A stretch of 64,000 bases of DNA, taken from contig NC_083283.1 in the NCBI RefSeq assembly GCF_963506605.1, positions 59,458,001 to 59,522,000 on the forward strand, in the 5' to 3' direction. The position numbers and the translations under genes are program-made. The notes under the pieces were generated by a model. That model worked only from the letters and a program-made list of their open reading frames with translations. It was not told the DNA's origin and did not search any database. Below, in pieces: positions 38,601 to 46,767 of the stretch. Every line of letters begins with the position of its first letter. The first letter of the stretch is position 1. The stretch is from Zootoca vivipara (taxonomy: Eukaryota).

Positions 38601-39789
38601 AAGAAAAATGCAGGATTATCTTTTGTTGGAAAATGTTCCAACAAGACTTCCCAGCAGGATGCATGGGTCTCTGCCTCTTTTGTATCTTTTGTGTGTGCTT
38701 TAAAATATATATCTGGGATTTTTTGTTTGGTTGGTTTCTAACTACTTTTTAAGCTGCTTTTATTGTACCTTCCCCTAGGAGCATACATCCACTTCCCTCG
38801 ATTAATAATAGTCATAAGGATTCACTCAGACAAACCAGAAACCAAATCTATCAAGCTGAAGATCACTTTCTGAAACCTCGGGACTGTGCAGGGGGAAGAC
38901 AGAGGAGCCCAAACCTTTCAGCAGCACTGGCAAAGCAAACAGGGCATGTTGCTGTACATCCTGCCTTTTCACATTTCCGGTACTTCTTCTCTGAGGCATC
39001 TTCATCATCCTCGGCTGCCTCTGCAGCTTTCCTCCTCACCTAAAAGAACACAACTGTGTGAACAAAAAGGTCACAACAGATTCATGATATATTCAGCAGT
39101 CTTTACTGGTGAGGCTTTCTGTTGCAATAGTGATGGAGGGCAGTTACACGGATTGTGTTTTCCTACAGAGCAAGGATGGGGAACCTTTGGCCCTCCAGAT
39201 GTTGCTGAACTACATTTTGGGCGACTGGCCATGCTGGCTGGGACTGATGGAAGCTTGAGCTTCTGGAGAGGCATGGATTTCCAATCCCTGATTTAAAGGT
39301 ATTCCAGTACAAAATAAATCTAGACCTGGGGATGGGGGAGAAATCCTTTAAAAAGATAGCAATATTGCATGCAACTTGCATTCACATGTAAATACTGTAC
39401 AGAAAAAAATAAAAGCCAAGGAAGTGTCATAACTAGCCTCACACATAGAACAGAGAATGGTCCAAAACAAGGAAGAGTCCAAAACAACAGCCAAAGATGA
39501 GCACCAATTTTGCTTGGAAAAACTCAACAGCACGTTCAACATTAAGGCTGAAATGTCATGCCCATCAAGATCACTGCCTGGCTGTGAAATCAACAGGACA
39601 CTGCAGACTAATATGCATACGACTGCAATACTCTTCATTTCCTAAGTAAATAATACACATCCTGCTTGCAACCCTGCAAATGAAATTGATGAAAGGTACC
39701 TGTCTCCCTGAACTTCTCAGAGGAAGATTATCGTGAGAATGGTCAACAGGAGGTGTTTTTTTCTTTGTTCGGAACCTCCCAGTTGACAT
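22538..39789 (-). CDS. KDM1B: Lysine-specific histone demethylase 1B (LSD2/AOF1), 20 coding exons, 2457 nt, 818 aa
   Basis: Spliced translation gives the N-terminal zinc finger (CEKAGC...WYHLSCGEHFCNECFDHYYR), CW finger (WVQCTKPECGKWR), SWIRM (YLALRNLILALW), FAD-binding GAGPAG, GVIEKIALQF and C-terminal [32 protein letters not shown]. All junctions are in phase. Confidence 0.97.
22702..22837. mobile_element. Palindromic hAT MITE (136 bp)
   Basis: TIRs CAGGCTTCTTCAAC / GTTGAGGAAGCCTG; TSD ATATAAAC / GTATAAAC; same family as 28372 and 28709. Confidence 0.85.
23473..23625 (-). CDS. KDM1B: KDM1B coding exon 19
   Basis: EVPDPVKYFVTRWNKDPWIQMAYSFVKTGGSGEAYD...FFAGE. Confidence 0.95.
23990..24106 (+). 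mobile_element. SINE fragment with CR1-type 3' end (Squam2-like)
   Basis: gggggttggactagatgaccctcagggacccttccaa...gattctatt resembles a CR1 tail. Confidence 0.6.
24582..24704 (-). CDS. KDM1B: KDM1B coding exon 18
   Basis: RKCSVLMSVVTGDAVA...LRELFKEQ. Confidence 0.94.
25075..25200 (-). CDS. KDM1B: KDM1B coding exon 17
   Basis: IALQFPYRFWDSKIQGADYFGHVP...FSVFYDMDPQ. Confidence 0.95.
25694..25810 (-). CDS. KDM1B: KDM1B coding exon 16
   Basis: VLVAVPLTILQKGAIQFNPALSERKMKAINSLGAGVIEK. Confidence 0.95.
26290..26364 (-). CDS. KDM1B: KDM1B coding exon 15
   Basis: VRSIDHTGEEVQVTATDGTLWKAQK. Confidence 0.93.
26587..26990 (-). mobile_element. 5'-truncated L2-clade LINE (ORF2 C-terminus, 3' UTR, (TAA)n tail)
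   Basis: Minus frame reads NGLGPIYLKERL...RQRAFSVVAPALWNALP...FRRHLKAALFREAF*, typical of L2 ORF2 ends; (TAT)n tail at 26587-26650. Confidence 0.85.
27596..27727 (-). CDS. KDM1B: KDM1B coding exon 14
   Basis: VSARSWDHNEFFAQFAGDHTLL...GLDIRLRVP. Confidence 0.95.
27869..27996 (-). CDS. KDM1B: KDM1B coding exon 13
   Basis: KIQEIYKVFIQESGIQFSDLEEKVLQFHVSNLEYACGSNLHE. Confidence 0.95.
28372..28507. mobile_element. Palindromic hAT MITE
   Basis: Termini CAGGCGTCCCCA / TGGGGGTGCCTG; perfect TSD ATTTAAAG. Confidence 0.9.
28709..28844. mobile_element. Palindromic hAT MITE
   Basis: Termini CAGGCATCCCCAAACT / AGTTTGGGGGCGCCTG; perfect TSD GTTTAGAG. Confidence 0.9.
29825..29996 (-). CDS. KDM1B: KDM1B coding exon 12
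   Basis: LGIKMHKIGEKCDLIQEGGRITDPTIDKRMDFHFN...DIPLG; AAG acceptor. Confidence 0.94.
30707..30844 (-). CDS. KDM1B: KDM1B coding exon 11
   Basis: VLVLEAKDRIGGRVWDD...NNPVALMCEQ. Confidence 0.95.
31014..31273 (+). mobile_element. Sauria SINE, 3'-truncated
   Basis: tRNA-like head (gtggcgctgtggg...ggttcgaatcc) and body matching the reverse complement of 62996-63350. Confidence 0.85.
31421..31495 (-). CDS. KDM1B: KDM1B coding exon 10 (FAD-binding GxGxxG)
   Basis: KSVIVVGAGPAGLAAARQLKNFGIK; AAG acceptor. Confidence 0.94.
31917..32093 (-). CDS. KDM1B: KDM1B coding exon 9
   Basis: EALTPQKC...RGLVRIRCV...KGLINTGVL...KDYHN. Confidence 0.95.
32450..32570 (-). mobile_element. CR1-type 3' end fragment next to the Tc1/mariner MITE
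   Basis: taagaacataagagcc...atctagcatcctattctcatagtggtcaac; family assignment from recollection. Confidence 0.45.
32573..32893. mobile_element. Tc1/mariner (Tigger-like) MITE with internal tandem duplication
   Basis: TA on both sides; termini CAGTCATATCTTGGTTTAAGTAC / GTACTTAAACCGAGGTACCACTG. Confidence 0.85.
33355..33484. mobile_element. Degenerate palindromic hAT MITE
   Basis: CAGGGATG...CATCCCTG termini; ccagatgttgctggactac...aacatctgga core; TSD not intact. Confidence 0.65.
33693..33871 (-). CDS. KDM1B: KDM1B coding exon 8 (SWIRM)
   Basis: MNKYFQPFYQPNECGKALCVRPD...LALWYTNCK. Confidence 0.95.
34347..34551 (-). CDS. KDM1B: KDM1B coding exon 7
   Basis: RVAEVSDHWWYSMLILPPLLKDSVAAPLLSAYYPDCVGMSPSCTS... 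Confidence 0.94.
35167..35205 (-). CDS. KDM1B: KDM1B coding exon 6 (39 nt)
   Basis: tttcag|VEGPDQCSMPEDL|gtaagc. Confidence 0.88.
35618..35734 (-). CDS. KDM1B: KDM1B coding exon 5 (CW finger)
   Basis: VQCTKPECGKWRQLTKEIQLTSQIAKTYRCGMKLNNSTK. Confidence 0.95.
36823..36934 (-). CDS. KDM1B: KDM1B coding exon 4
   Basis: HKDGYEKYTAWKRIWTSNGKSEPSPKAFMADQQLPYW. Confidence 0.95.
37452..37675. mobile_element. Tc1/mariner (Tigger-like) MITE
   Basis: TIRs CAGTCGTACCTTGG / CCAAGGTATGACTG, followed by TA. Confidence 0.8.
38055..38144 (-). CDS. KDM1B: KDM1B coding exon 3
   Basis: CAKNGYTSRWYHLSCGEHFCNECFDHYYR. Confidence 0.95.
38278..38563 (-). mobile_element. L2-clade LINE 3' fragment
   Basis: Colinear with 26640-26975, with deletions; (AAC)n tract at 38249-38278. 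Confidence 0.8.
38915..39039 (-). CDS. KDM1B: KDM1B coding exon 2
   Basis: VRRKAAEAAEDDEDASEKKYRKCEKAGCTATCPVCFASAAE. Confidence 0.93.
39171..39290. mobile_element. Degenerate hAT MITE
   Basis: caaggatggggaacc...ggccctccagatgttgctgaactac...ttccaatccctg. Confidence 0.6.
39700..39789 (-). CDS. KDM1B: KDM1B coding exon 1
   Basis: tctgcag|cgccATG; MSTGRFRTKKK...LRSSGRQ|gtacc. Confidence 0.92.
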
Positions 39790-41498
39790 GGCGCTGCAGA
39801 ATAAAAACCAGGGGGAAGTTAGGCAGTATTCCAACACTAGAGTTCAGAGAGTCTCCCCACGCAAAGAGGGATGGCGAAATAAACAAGCTTTAAGCTTCCC
39901 TTTGGTTAAACCTTCCAGCATCACCCATGCAGACTGGTGGCTACACTGCTTGAACCAGCTCTCATTCCAGATCTTGGACAAAGGAAATTAAAGTGAAGAA
40001 CTAGACAAAATGCTAGAAGTGAGAAGAAGAGGCAAAAAGAGGAAAGAAAGGAGGGAGGGGAAGGAGGAAGAGAGAACAGCTCATTAATATTCTAGACGAT
40101 TTTAACAGTTTTATCATTTGTGTGTTTGTCTCCTTGGGCTCCTTTTGGGAGGAAGCGCAGGGTATAAATTTAGTAAGTAAATAATCCTGGGTTAAAGCCA
40201 GAAAAAATTGGCTCCCCCCCCTTTCTGAGCATTCCCCTTGTTCTCCAAATATCTCCCCTGGGGTTCAGGGGATGTGACTGAAGAGGACGGCCTGTGATAC
40301 AGGAGGGCTAAGGAAGGACCCCCAAAACCTAATCAGAGGCAGCCTCCACTCTACTCACCGAAACTGCCTCCAGGCGATTTTCAGGGATCCCCACTTCATC
40401 CTCAGCCTCCCATACTGGAATGCGGAGAGCAACCACCCAAAACTGGGATGGGTGAGAAAGTCATCTTCCACCAGCCCCCTTCCCTATGTGTTTCCCTAGT
40501 TCCAACCCTGCAGTTTTAAGGTTGCAATCCTATGCATGCTGACCTGGGCGTAGGCCCCACTGACTGAACACACAGAGGCTGACTTCTGTGTGAACGTGCA
40601 TAGGTATGTACTGTGAGAAACCTAGCCAAAATGCCCCTCCAAGAACTGTGCACAATTCAGGCCATGATTCAGCTATGCTTCTGATAGTTCAAATATAGTA
40701 AAAACAGTAGCTCTGGGACCTTAACAGCACAGCTGCAGCACACATATGTGAGCAAACTGACTCTCAGTTTCAGCACACCTTCCCACGGCTGCTTATCCTG
40801 ATGAGAAGTGAGAACAAGCTGTTTACATTTCCAAGCATATAGATCAAATATTGGGGGGGGAACCCTCTTCCATGCATCACTTTGAGCATGACATTAAAAT
40901 ATTTTATACAAATCCAAAGAAATAAAACATAATACAGGCTACATCTATGAATGCAGGTAAGGCAAAGCAAACAGAAAAGAAAGAAGAAGATGGGCGAGGG
41001 AATAAACAATTTTGATATGAAACTCTCTCCCAGAAAAAAGTTACGAGGGTCAATAGCCTGGGAGCTGCCCTGCCCACACACAGAAAATGAAGGGATGCAA
41101 ACCAGTCAAAACTATACAGCAAGCAAGCTCTGCTGACAATTGCCATCTCGACTAAATTGCTCATCTTTACTAAACTGCTGTTAATACTTGCAGGGTGGAG
41201 TTAATGGTGGTTTTAGATAACAGGAAGAGCAAACATCTCTTCATTCCAAAAGGCAGCAACTAACATGTTTGATGGTATATTTCATAGGATAGTGGATCAT
41301 TTAAACCCATTAAAATGCACTTTAGTTTCAAGTGCTAGGAAGGGCTCATTTGAAACTCGTAGAAGGTAAAGTGGTAATCTTTCATTTTGAAATGCAGAAC
41401 TTTTCAAGAAAAAAATACTCAAATTGAAAATGAAAATGAAATTTAGGGAAACAATTTACATATGTAAAAACAAAGCATAATATCACAGCAGATTTAAA

Positions 41499-41535
41499 AA
41501 CAACAACAACAACTACAACAACAACAACAACAACA
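41499..41535. repeat. (AAC)n microsatellite
   Basis: Directly visible, one interruption. Confidence 0.9.
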
Positions 41536-42994
41536 ATGTACATTGAGATTCCATTCCACTTCTCTTTTTGCTTCTGCTTATTCTGGTTAAACATTTTAAC
41601 TCCTTAGGTTTTACTAGTTTTGCTTAGCTTTTAAGTTAAGAACAACTGCAACTATTAACCTATTAACATACTAACCCAAGAGGTTTGCCCTACCAGTGAG
41701 ATAAACAAGGATTTGGACACATAGTACCGTAGTAGCTATTGAAAAGCCCACATAACTCTCCAACCCACACAAATAAGGCAGGATTCGGCATATACATGAA
41801 GGAAAACACATTTCCCCCCAGTGTGTGCCAATGTGTGTCAAGAACTAAATCCTGCATAAGGTACATATATAACCGTTTCATCTGAGATCTGAGGCTTCCC
41901 ACCAGACATGAGTTGTCTAATGTATAACCAGGCAAACAATAGAGGTGTACACTGGCTCCAAGTGGGGGCTAGATCATGAGATAAATTCCCCTCCCAAGTT
42001 GAAGCGCAATGTCAATAAACCCCAAGCTAGATCAAGGGTCCCCAAAAGCCTCATGTCACTCTGCTTTTCCACTCCATATAGCTCTATCTTTTCCTATATC
42101 TATGTTTCTCTAGATCCATGGGCTTTGCAAAAAGTGAGGCTGTCCTACAATTTTGCCTGCGGAACGTTGATGGATTCTGAATTGCTTTTTCGTTTCTTGC
42201 TTTGTTAAAAAAGGATTGGCTGGTGCAGTTTATATATATGTATATATATTATTCCTAAGTTCCTTTTATTCAGCAAAACACACATCCAGAACTCTTCAGG
42301 GGTCCACAGGCACTGTTCTCAGCAGCCTCACAATGTAAGGCCTGCCGCAGGGCACAAGCAATCACCGGAAAGAAAGAAAAATGTGTGAAGCCACAGACTT
42401 TTTAAAAAAATGTACAGGCAAAAATATGCGAAGTTTACCCACAAATTAATTTTTTCAAGAGAGAGCAAGAGATAAACCCCTCTTTTCCACCCCATAATGG
42501 ATTATGGGGAAAAAGTGAATCCCTTTTACTTCCTGCACAAAAAGCCTCAGACCTACTTGTCTGCAATTTGGAAGGATTAGCCCACTCTAGAAGTGCTCCT
42601 GTACCTGAAAATTTACTTCACTTTGGCCAAAATGGGGCAAAGTTACGTTCTGGTGAATAGGGAACACAGAGCTTCATTTTATACAGAGGTCAGAACCCAA
42701 ATTACAGATTGAAGTGGAGAGTGCACAGAACAACTCAGAAGCATATTAGATTTTTCAGGATGCACAAATACAAGGCAAATCTTGGGGCCTGTGCACACCT
42801 CTGGAATATAACGCTACTAACGTAGAAGATATGAGCCTCTTTTAAGACCATTTCAAAACTTCCATGCCCTTGAATGCATAACTTTTTCTTTCTAATATCA
42901 AGACCATATTTTAAGCTCTTTCTGGAATGAAGTGACACAATTCAGTGCACCTGAATGCGAATTTAGATTTATTTAGAATATTGAGGAATTAATA

Positions 42995-43231
42995 CATGGT
43001 ATACCTCCAGTTACGAACTAATTGGTTCCAGAGGTCCATTCGTAACCGGAAACCGCTCGTAACATGTGGCATGCTTTTGTTAATGGTGTTTCCCGCTGCG
43101 CACACGCCGCCAGAGCACAACTTCCGCTCGCATCTCGGGGCAAAGTTCGCAACAAGGAGCACCTACTTCTAGTAGAGCGTGTAACCCAAAGCGTTCACAA
43201 GGGGGATGGTACGTAACACGAGGTACCACTG
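42995..43231. mobile_element. Tc1/mariner (Tigger-like) MITE
   Basis: Flanking TA; right terminus CGAGGTACCACTG as in the 32573-32893 element; left terminus degenerate. Confidence 0.75.
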
Positions 43232-43238
43232 TATAGGC

Positions 43239-43699
43239 CAGTGATGGCGAACCTATGACACGCGGGTCAGACGTGACACACAGAGCCCTCACTGCTGGCA
43301 CGCGCCCCATCGACCCATTCACGCTGTTGTTCCCTCCCCCATTTGTTCTCCCGCTCCTCCTCACACTACAGCTTGTCTCCGATCCTTTGTTGTTGTTGCT
43401 GGTAGCCAGAGATTGGTTTTTTTAACCATTTCTGTGCTTTTTTTTCTGGCGCTTTGGCAGACGATGATTGGGTGTAACAGCGTTCATTTTTTAACCCATT
43501 CTTTGCTGGGTTTTTTGGCGCTTTGGCAGACTATGTCGGTGCTGCGTGTTAGTTCCAGCGAAGGTATTATCCGTCATTTATTTAAACTATAAATATCATG
43601 AAATTATGGGTTTTTTCCTCGAAGTGACACACCACCCAAGTTATGATTGGTTTTTTGGCAAATTTTGACACACCAAGCTCAAAAGGTTGCCCATTACTG
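43239..43699 (+). mobile_element. Non-autonomous hAT element (461 bp), hAT1/Myotis_hAT1-like
   Basis: TIRs CAGTGATGGCGAACCT / AGGTTGCCCATTACTG; perfect TSD GTATAGGC (43231-43238, 43700-43707). Confidence 0.88.
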
Positions 43700-43819
43700 G
43701 TATAGGCTACCAGCTCCAGAATAACCCACATAGGCTACAGATAGGAAGGTGGGCTGCAATTATGCTAGGAAAGTAATTATGTTCACTATGGGTAACTTAC
43801 ACCGCAGGTTTCTGCTCAC

Positions 43820-43864
43820 CTTGGAGTCAAATCGCCCAGCTTTCAGATGTCAAACTAAACAGAG
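43820..43864 (-). other. Candidate 45-nt non-coding 5' UTR exon of KDM1B
   Basis: Long pyrimidine tract ending tctgttattacag| and strong donor AAG|gtgagc on minus strand, between the promoter and the ATG exon. Confidence 0.5.
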
Positions 43865-44841
43865 CTGTAATAACAGAAAAAAAGGAAAACATGGTTAGAA
43901 ACTGGTATCTTTCTAGCCACTGAATCCTACCCTCCTGATTCAGACAACAACATGGTCTCCAGAGGAAGAGTCTATTTCTAAAACCTCTGGATTCTCTGTA
44001 CGGAAGGTGTAAGGGAAATTACCCCCTGGAGCAGGACTTTTCACAATGAGTTATTTGGTCCCTTAAAGGCTAATGAAGGCCAGGGGAATATGCACGTGTA
44101 TTACAATCAGCTTGATACAAAAGTCCATCTACAGGGAAGTGGGGGCTTTTGTCAGAAGTGTGTTAACTTGTTGCACGCAGCTTCCCACAAGCTCTAGCAT
44201 AACTATTTTGATACAGGATCTGCTATTGCAAAAGGCAGGCTGGAGAGTTCACAAGATCCAACATTAGCTGGGCTCACAAGTGGAATTCAGGGCAAAAATA
44301 ACAACAACAACCCTCCGATGTGTAACTAACATTTTGAAAGTACTGCACTTCCCATTTCTGATGTGCCATTTAATTCACCAAGCTGACAATGCAGAGAGTG
44401 AATACAGTCATCATGGTTAACACAAAGGTACGAAAAAGACTGCATCTGATCCTAACTGGCTCATCACAGTCAAGATTTGGAATTTTGCACATCCAAATTC
44501 TGAAGCAGAAGGCCCTTGAAAGCTCTGGAGAGGGAACCCCTGTTCTAAATGAATGTCGAGAGCACCCCAAAGCCATAAAACGAGTGCAGCCATCTAGCAG
44601 TCATTTAAAAATGTGTGGCCTAACATTTGGAAACTCATGGGTTGGAGGTTAGCTGTGTAGCTTTTGACTAGGCTTGGGGCTTTTATTTTTTTCAACTACT
44701 AACCTACTTTTCAGCAGTTAAAATACCATTTAAAATAAAAAGCACACACTGACTAACACAATCCAGGGTTAGCCTCCTTTTTATTGGGATTCAAAGTGCT
44801 ACAAAGAGGTAATAATTGCTGGGCATAAGGGCACGTAGATC

Positions 44842-44965
44842 AACCTTCCCCGACCTGGTGCCCTCCAGAGGCTGCAACTCCCATCAGCCCCAGTCAGGAT
44901 GGCCAATGGTGAAGGTTTATTGGAGCTGTGCTCTAAAACATCTGGAGGCACCAGGTTAGGGAAGA
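44842..44965. mobile_element. Degenerate palindromic MITE
   Basis: ttccccgacctggtgccctccaga...acatctggaggcaccaggttagggaa inverted arms; related remnants near 53664-53775 and 60489-60615. Confidence 0.55.
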
Positions 44966-45139
44966 CTTACCACAAGCTGCAAACTACCACCTTCCTATGC
45001 AGCGGGGCATCTTTCGTGTGCCTCCCACAAACAAACAGACCCCAAGATGCCAACTCGGAGTCTTGGTGGGATTACCCACAAACCAAACAGGTACCGGGGC
45101 TCAAGCCCGTCTTGAAATCACACCCTCTGGCCCTCTTCC

Positions 45140-46170
45140 TATAAACAGGCGAGGGCTCCGTAGGGTTTCCTCGTCCTTGTGCACATTTGCTCAGCATGCC
45201 TTTCTCTCCTCCCTCCTCCCTGATCGTGGGAAGCCACTCTGCTCGGACGCGCGTCCCACGGGCTTGTTTTGTTACTCCAATGTGGGGCTGCGCCTTAGCC
45301 CGGAAAACCGGCTGCTGGGGCTGGGGATGGGACGGGACGGGAAGGGACGTGCAAATCCCCGCCCCACAAATAAAGCCGCGTCCCGATTCCCTACAAATCC
45401 ACGCTGGGCGACCCCCCCCCCTGTATTCCTCCCCCCCCCGGAAGCGCTCCTCGCCCTACTACCTCTCCACGCACGCTCACACATGCAAGGGAGACCAAGT
45501 CCCGCACCAGGAGGAGGAGCGGGGAACCAACCGCCCTTGCATCGACTGACCCGGTGGTGCCCGGGGGGGCGTGAGACCGGAGGCGCCGCCGCTCCTTTTG
45601 TTGCCCGGGCTGCCATCCACTCGCTGCAGCAGGTCGGAGCCAGGAGAGGAGAGCAGCGACGCAGCAGCAGCAGCACCGCCCCCCTTTCCCCAGACGAGGA
45701 AATCCCTGCCTCCGTCCGCTTCCTTGCCCGGCCGAAGGAGAGCCAGCCCCCGAATCGAGTAAGCCTCTCGCTGCTCACCAGCGTCCGCCTCCTCCCGTCG
45801 GTTCCTTTCCTCCTCCCCTCCTCCTCTTGCTGCTGCAGCTGCAGCTTCCGCTGTCCTCAGCGCGTCGCGGGTGGGGCGAGGGGAGGAGACAATGTGGCCA
45901 GGCTCCCGCTTCCTTTCCGCGCAGATACGAGCGCGCAGATACTGAGGCAGCGGCGTCGTAAGCAAGTGTCGTTCTCCTAAGGTTGCTGACGGTGAACCCT
46001 GCAGCCGGCGAAGTCCTCCCTCACCTGGTTTCGGCCATCCTGCCTCGTGAAGGTTAATATTATGGTTGTTGTTGCTGCTGCTTGTTGTTGTTTCTGTCCG
46101 GAGAACTCCCTCAGTTCCCTTAGCCTATGGTGAAGCAGAAGCCGGTCCACACCTGAGCGTGGCATTGCTT
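45140..46170. promoter_or_regulatory. Bidirectional CpG-island promoter shared by KDM1B (-) and TPMT (+)
   Basis: CpG-rich. Minus-strand donors at 45778 (CTG|gtgagc) and 45550 (CGG|gtcagt); plus-strand donor at 45958 (GTC|gtaagc). Same head-to-head layout as in mammals. Confidence 0.85.
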
Positions 46171-46627
46171 CTTCAGCACTTGGATGTGGTTTAGTTTATT
46201 TCGTACAGAAATAATAGAAAGGCAAGAACTCAGGCCGTCGTAGTAATGTATCCCTGATACAATAGTTTCAAATAGTCTCTTCTGTAGTTGGGTTCACAGG
46301 TGAAACTTGAAAAATTAGAATATCGTTGAAAAGTGCATTTATTTCAGTAATGCAGCTTAAAAGGTGAAACCAATATATGAGATAGATGCATGACATGCAA
46401 AGCAAGATATGTCCCTTGTTACATGGTGCAAATGGTGTCTCACTGCAGATTGTGCTGTGAAATATTTTACAGATATTCCATAAACTTTATTTTATGAACT
46501 TAAGCAAGGGGTGGGAACCCTGTAAACATGTACAAAGTTTCTTGCTTAATGGGAAGGCTGAAACGTTAAATCAATGATTCACTAGTAGTTGCTGTTCGTT
46601 TTTCTCTGTAGAAAGGTTGTCTGGGCC

Positions 46628-46767
46628 ATGGAAAGTTCTTCAGATGCATGTGGAAAGGATGACTCTGCTGGTGCCAAGTTACAAGAATCCAGAGTACTGA
46701 CTGAAGAAGAATGGCTGCAGAAATGGGAAACTAAAAATATTGGATTTCATAACGAGCAAGGACATCC
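46628..46767 (+). CDS. TPMT: TPMT coding exon 1 (acceptor at 46611)
   Basis: gggccATGg; MESSSDACG...FHNEQGH; donor CC|gtatgt. Confidence 0.93.

Noticed and set aside
44997-45980. 327-aa plus-strand ORF and overlapping 120-168-aa ORFs
   Set aside because: Pro/Arg/Ala/Gly-rich with no recognisable domain; expected stop-codon scarcity in the GC-rich KDM1B/TPMT CpG island.
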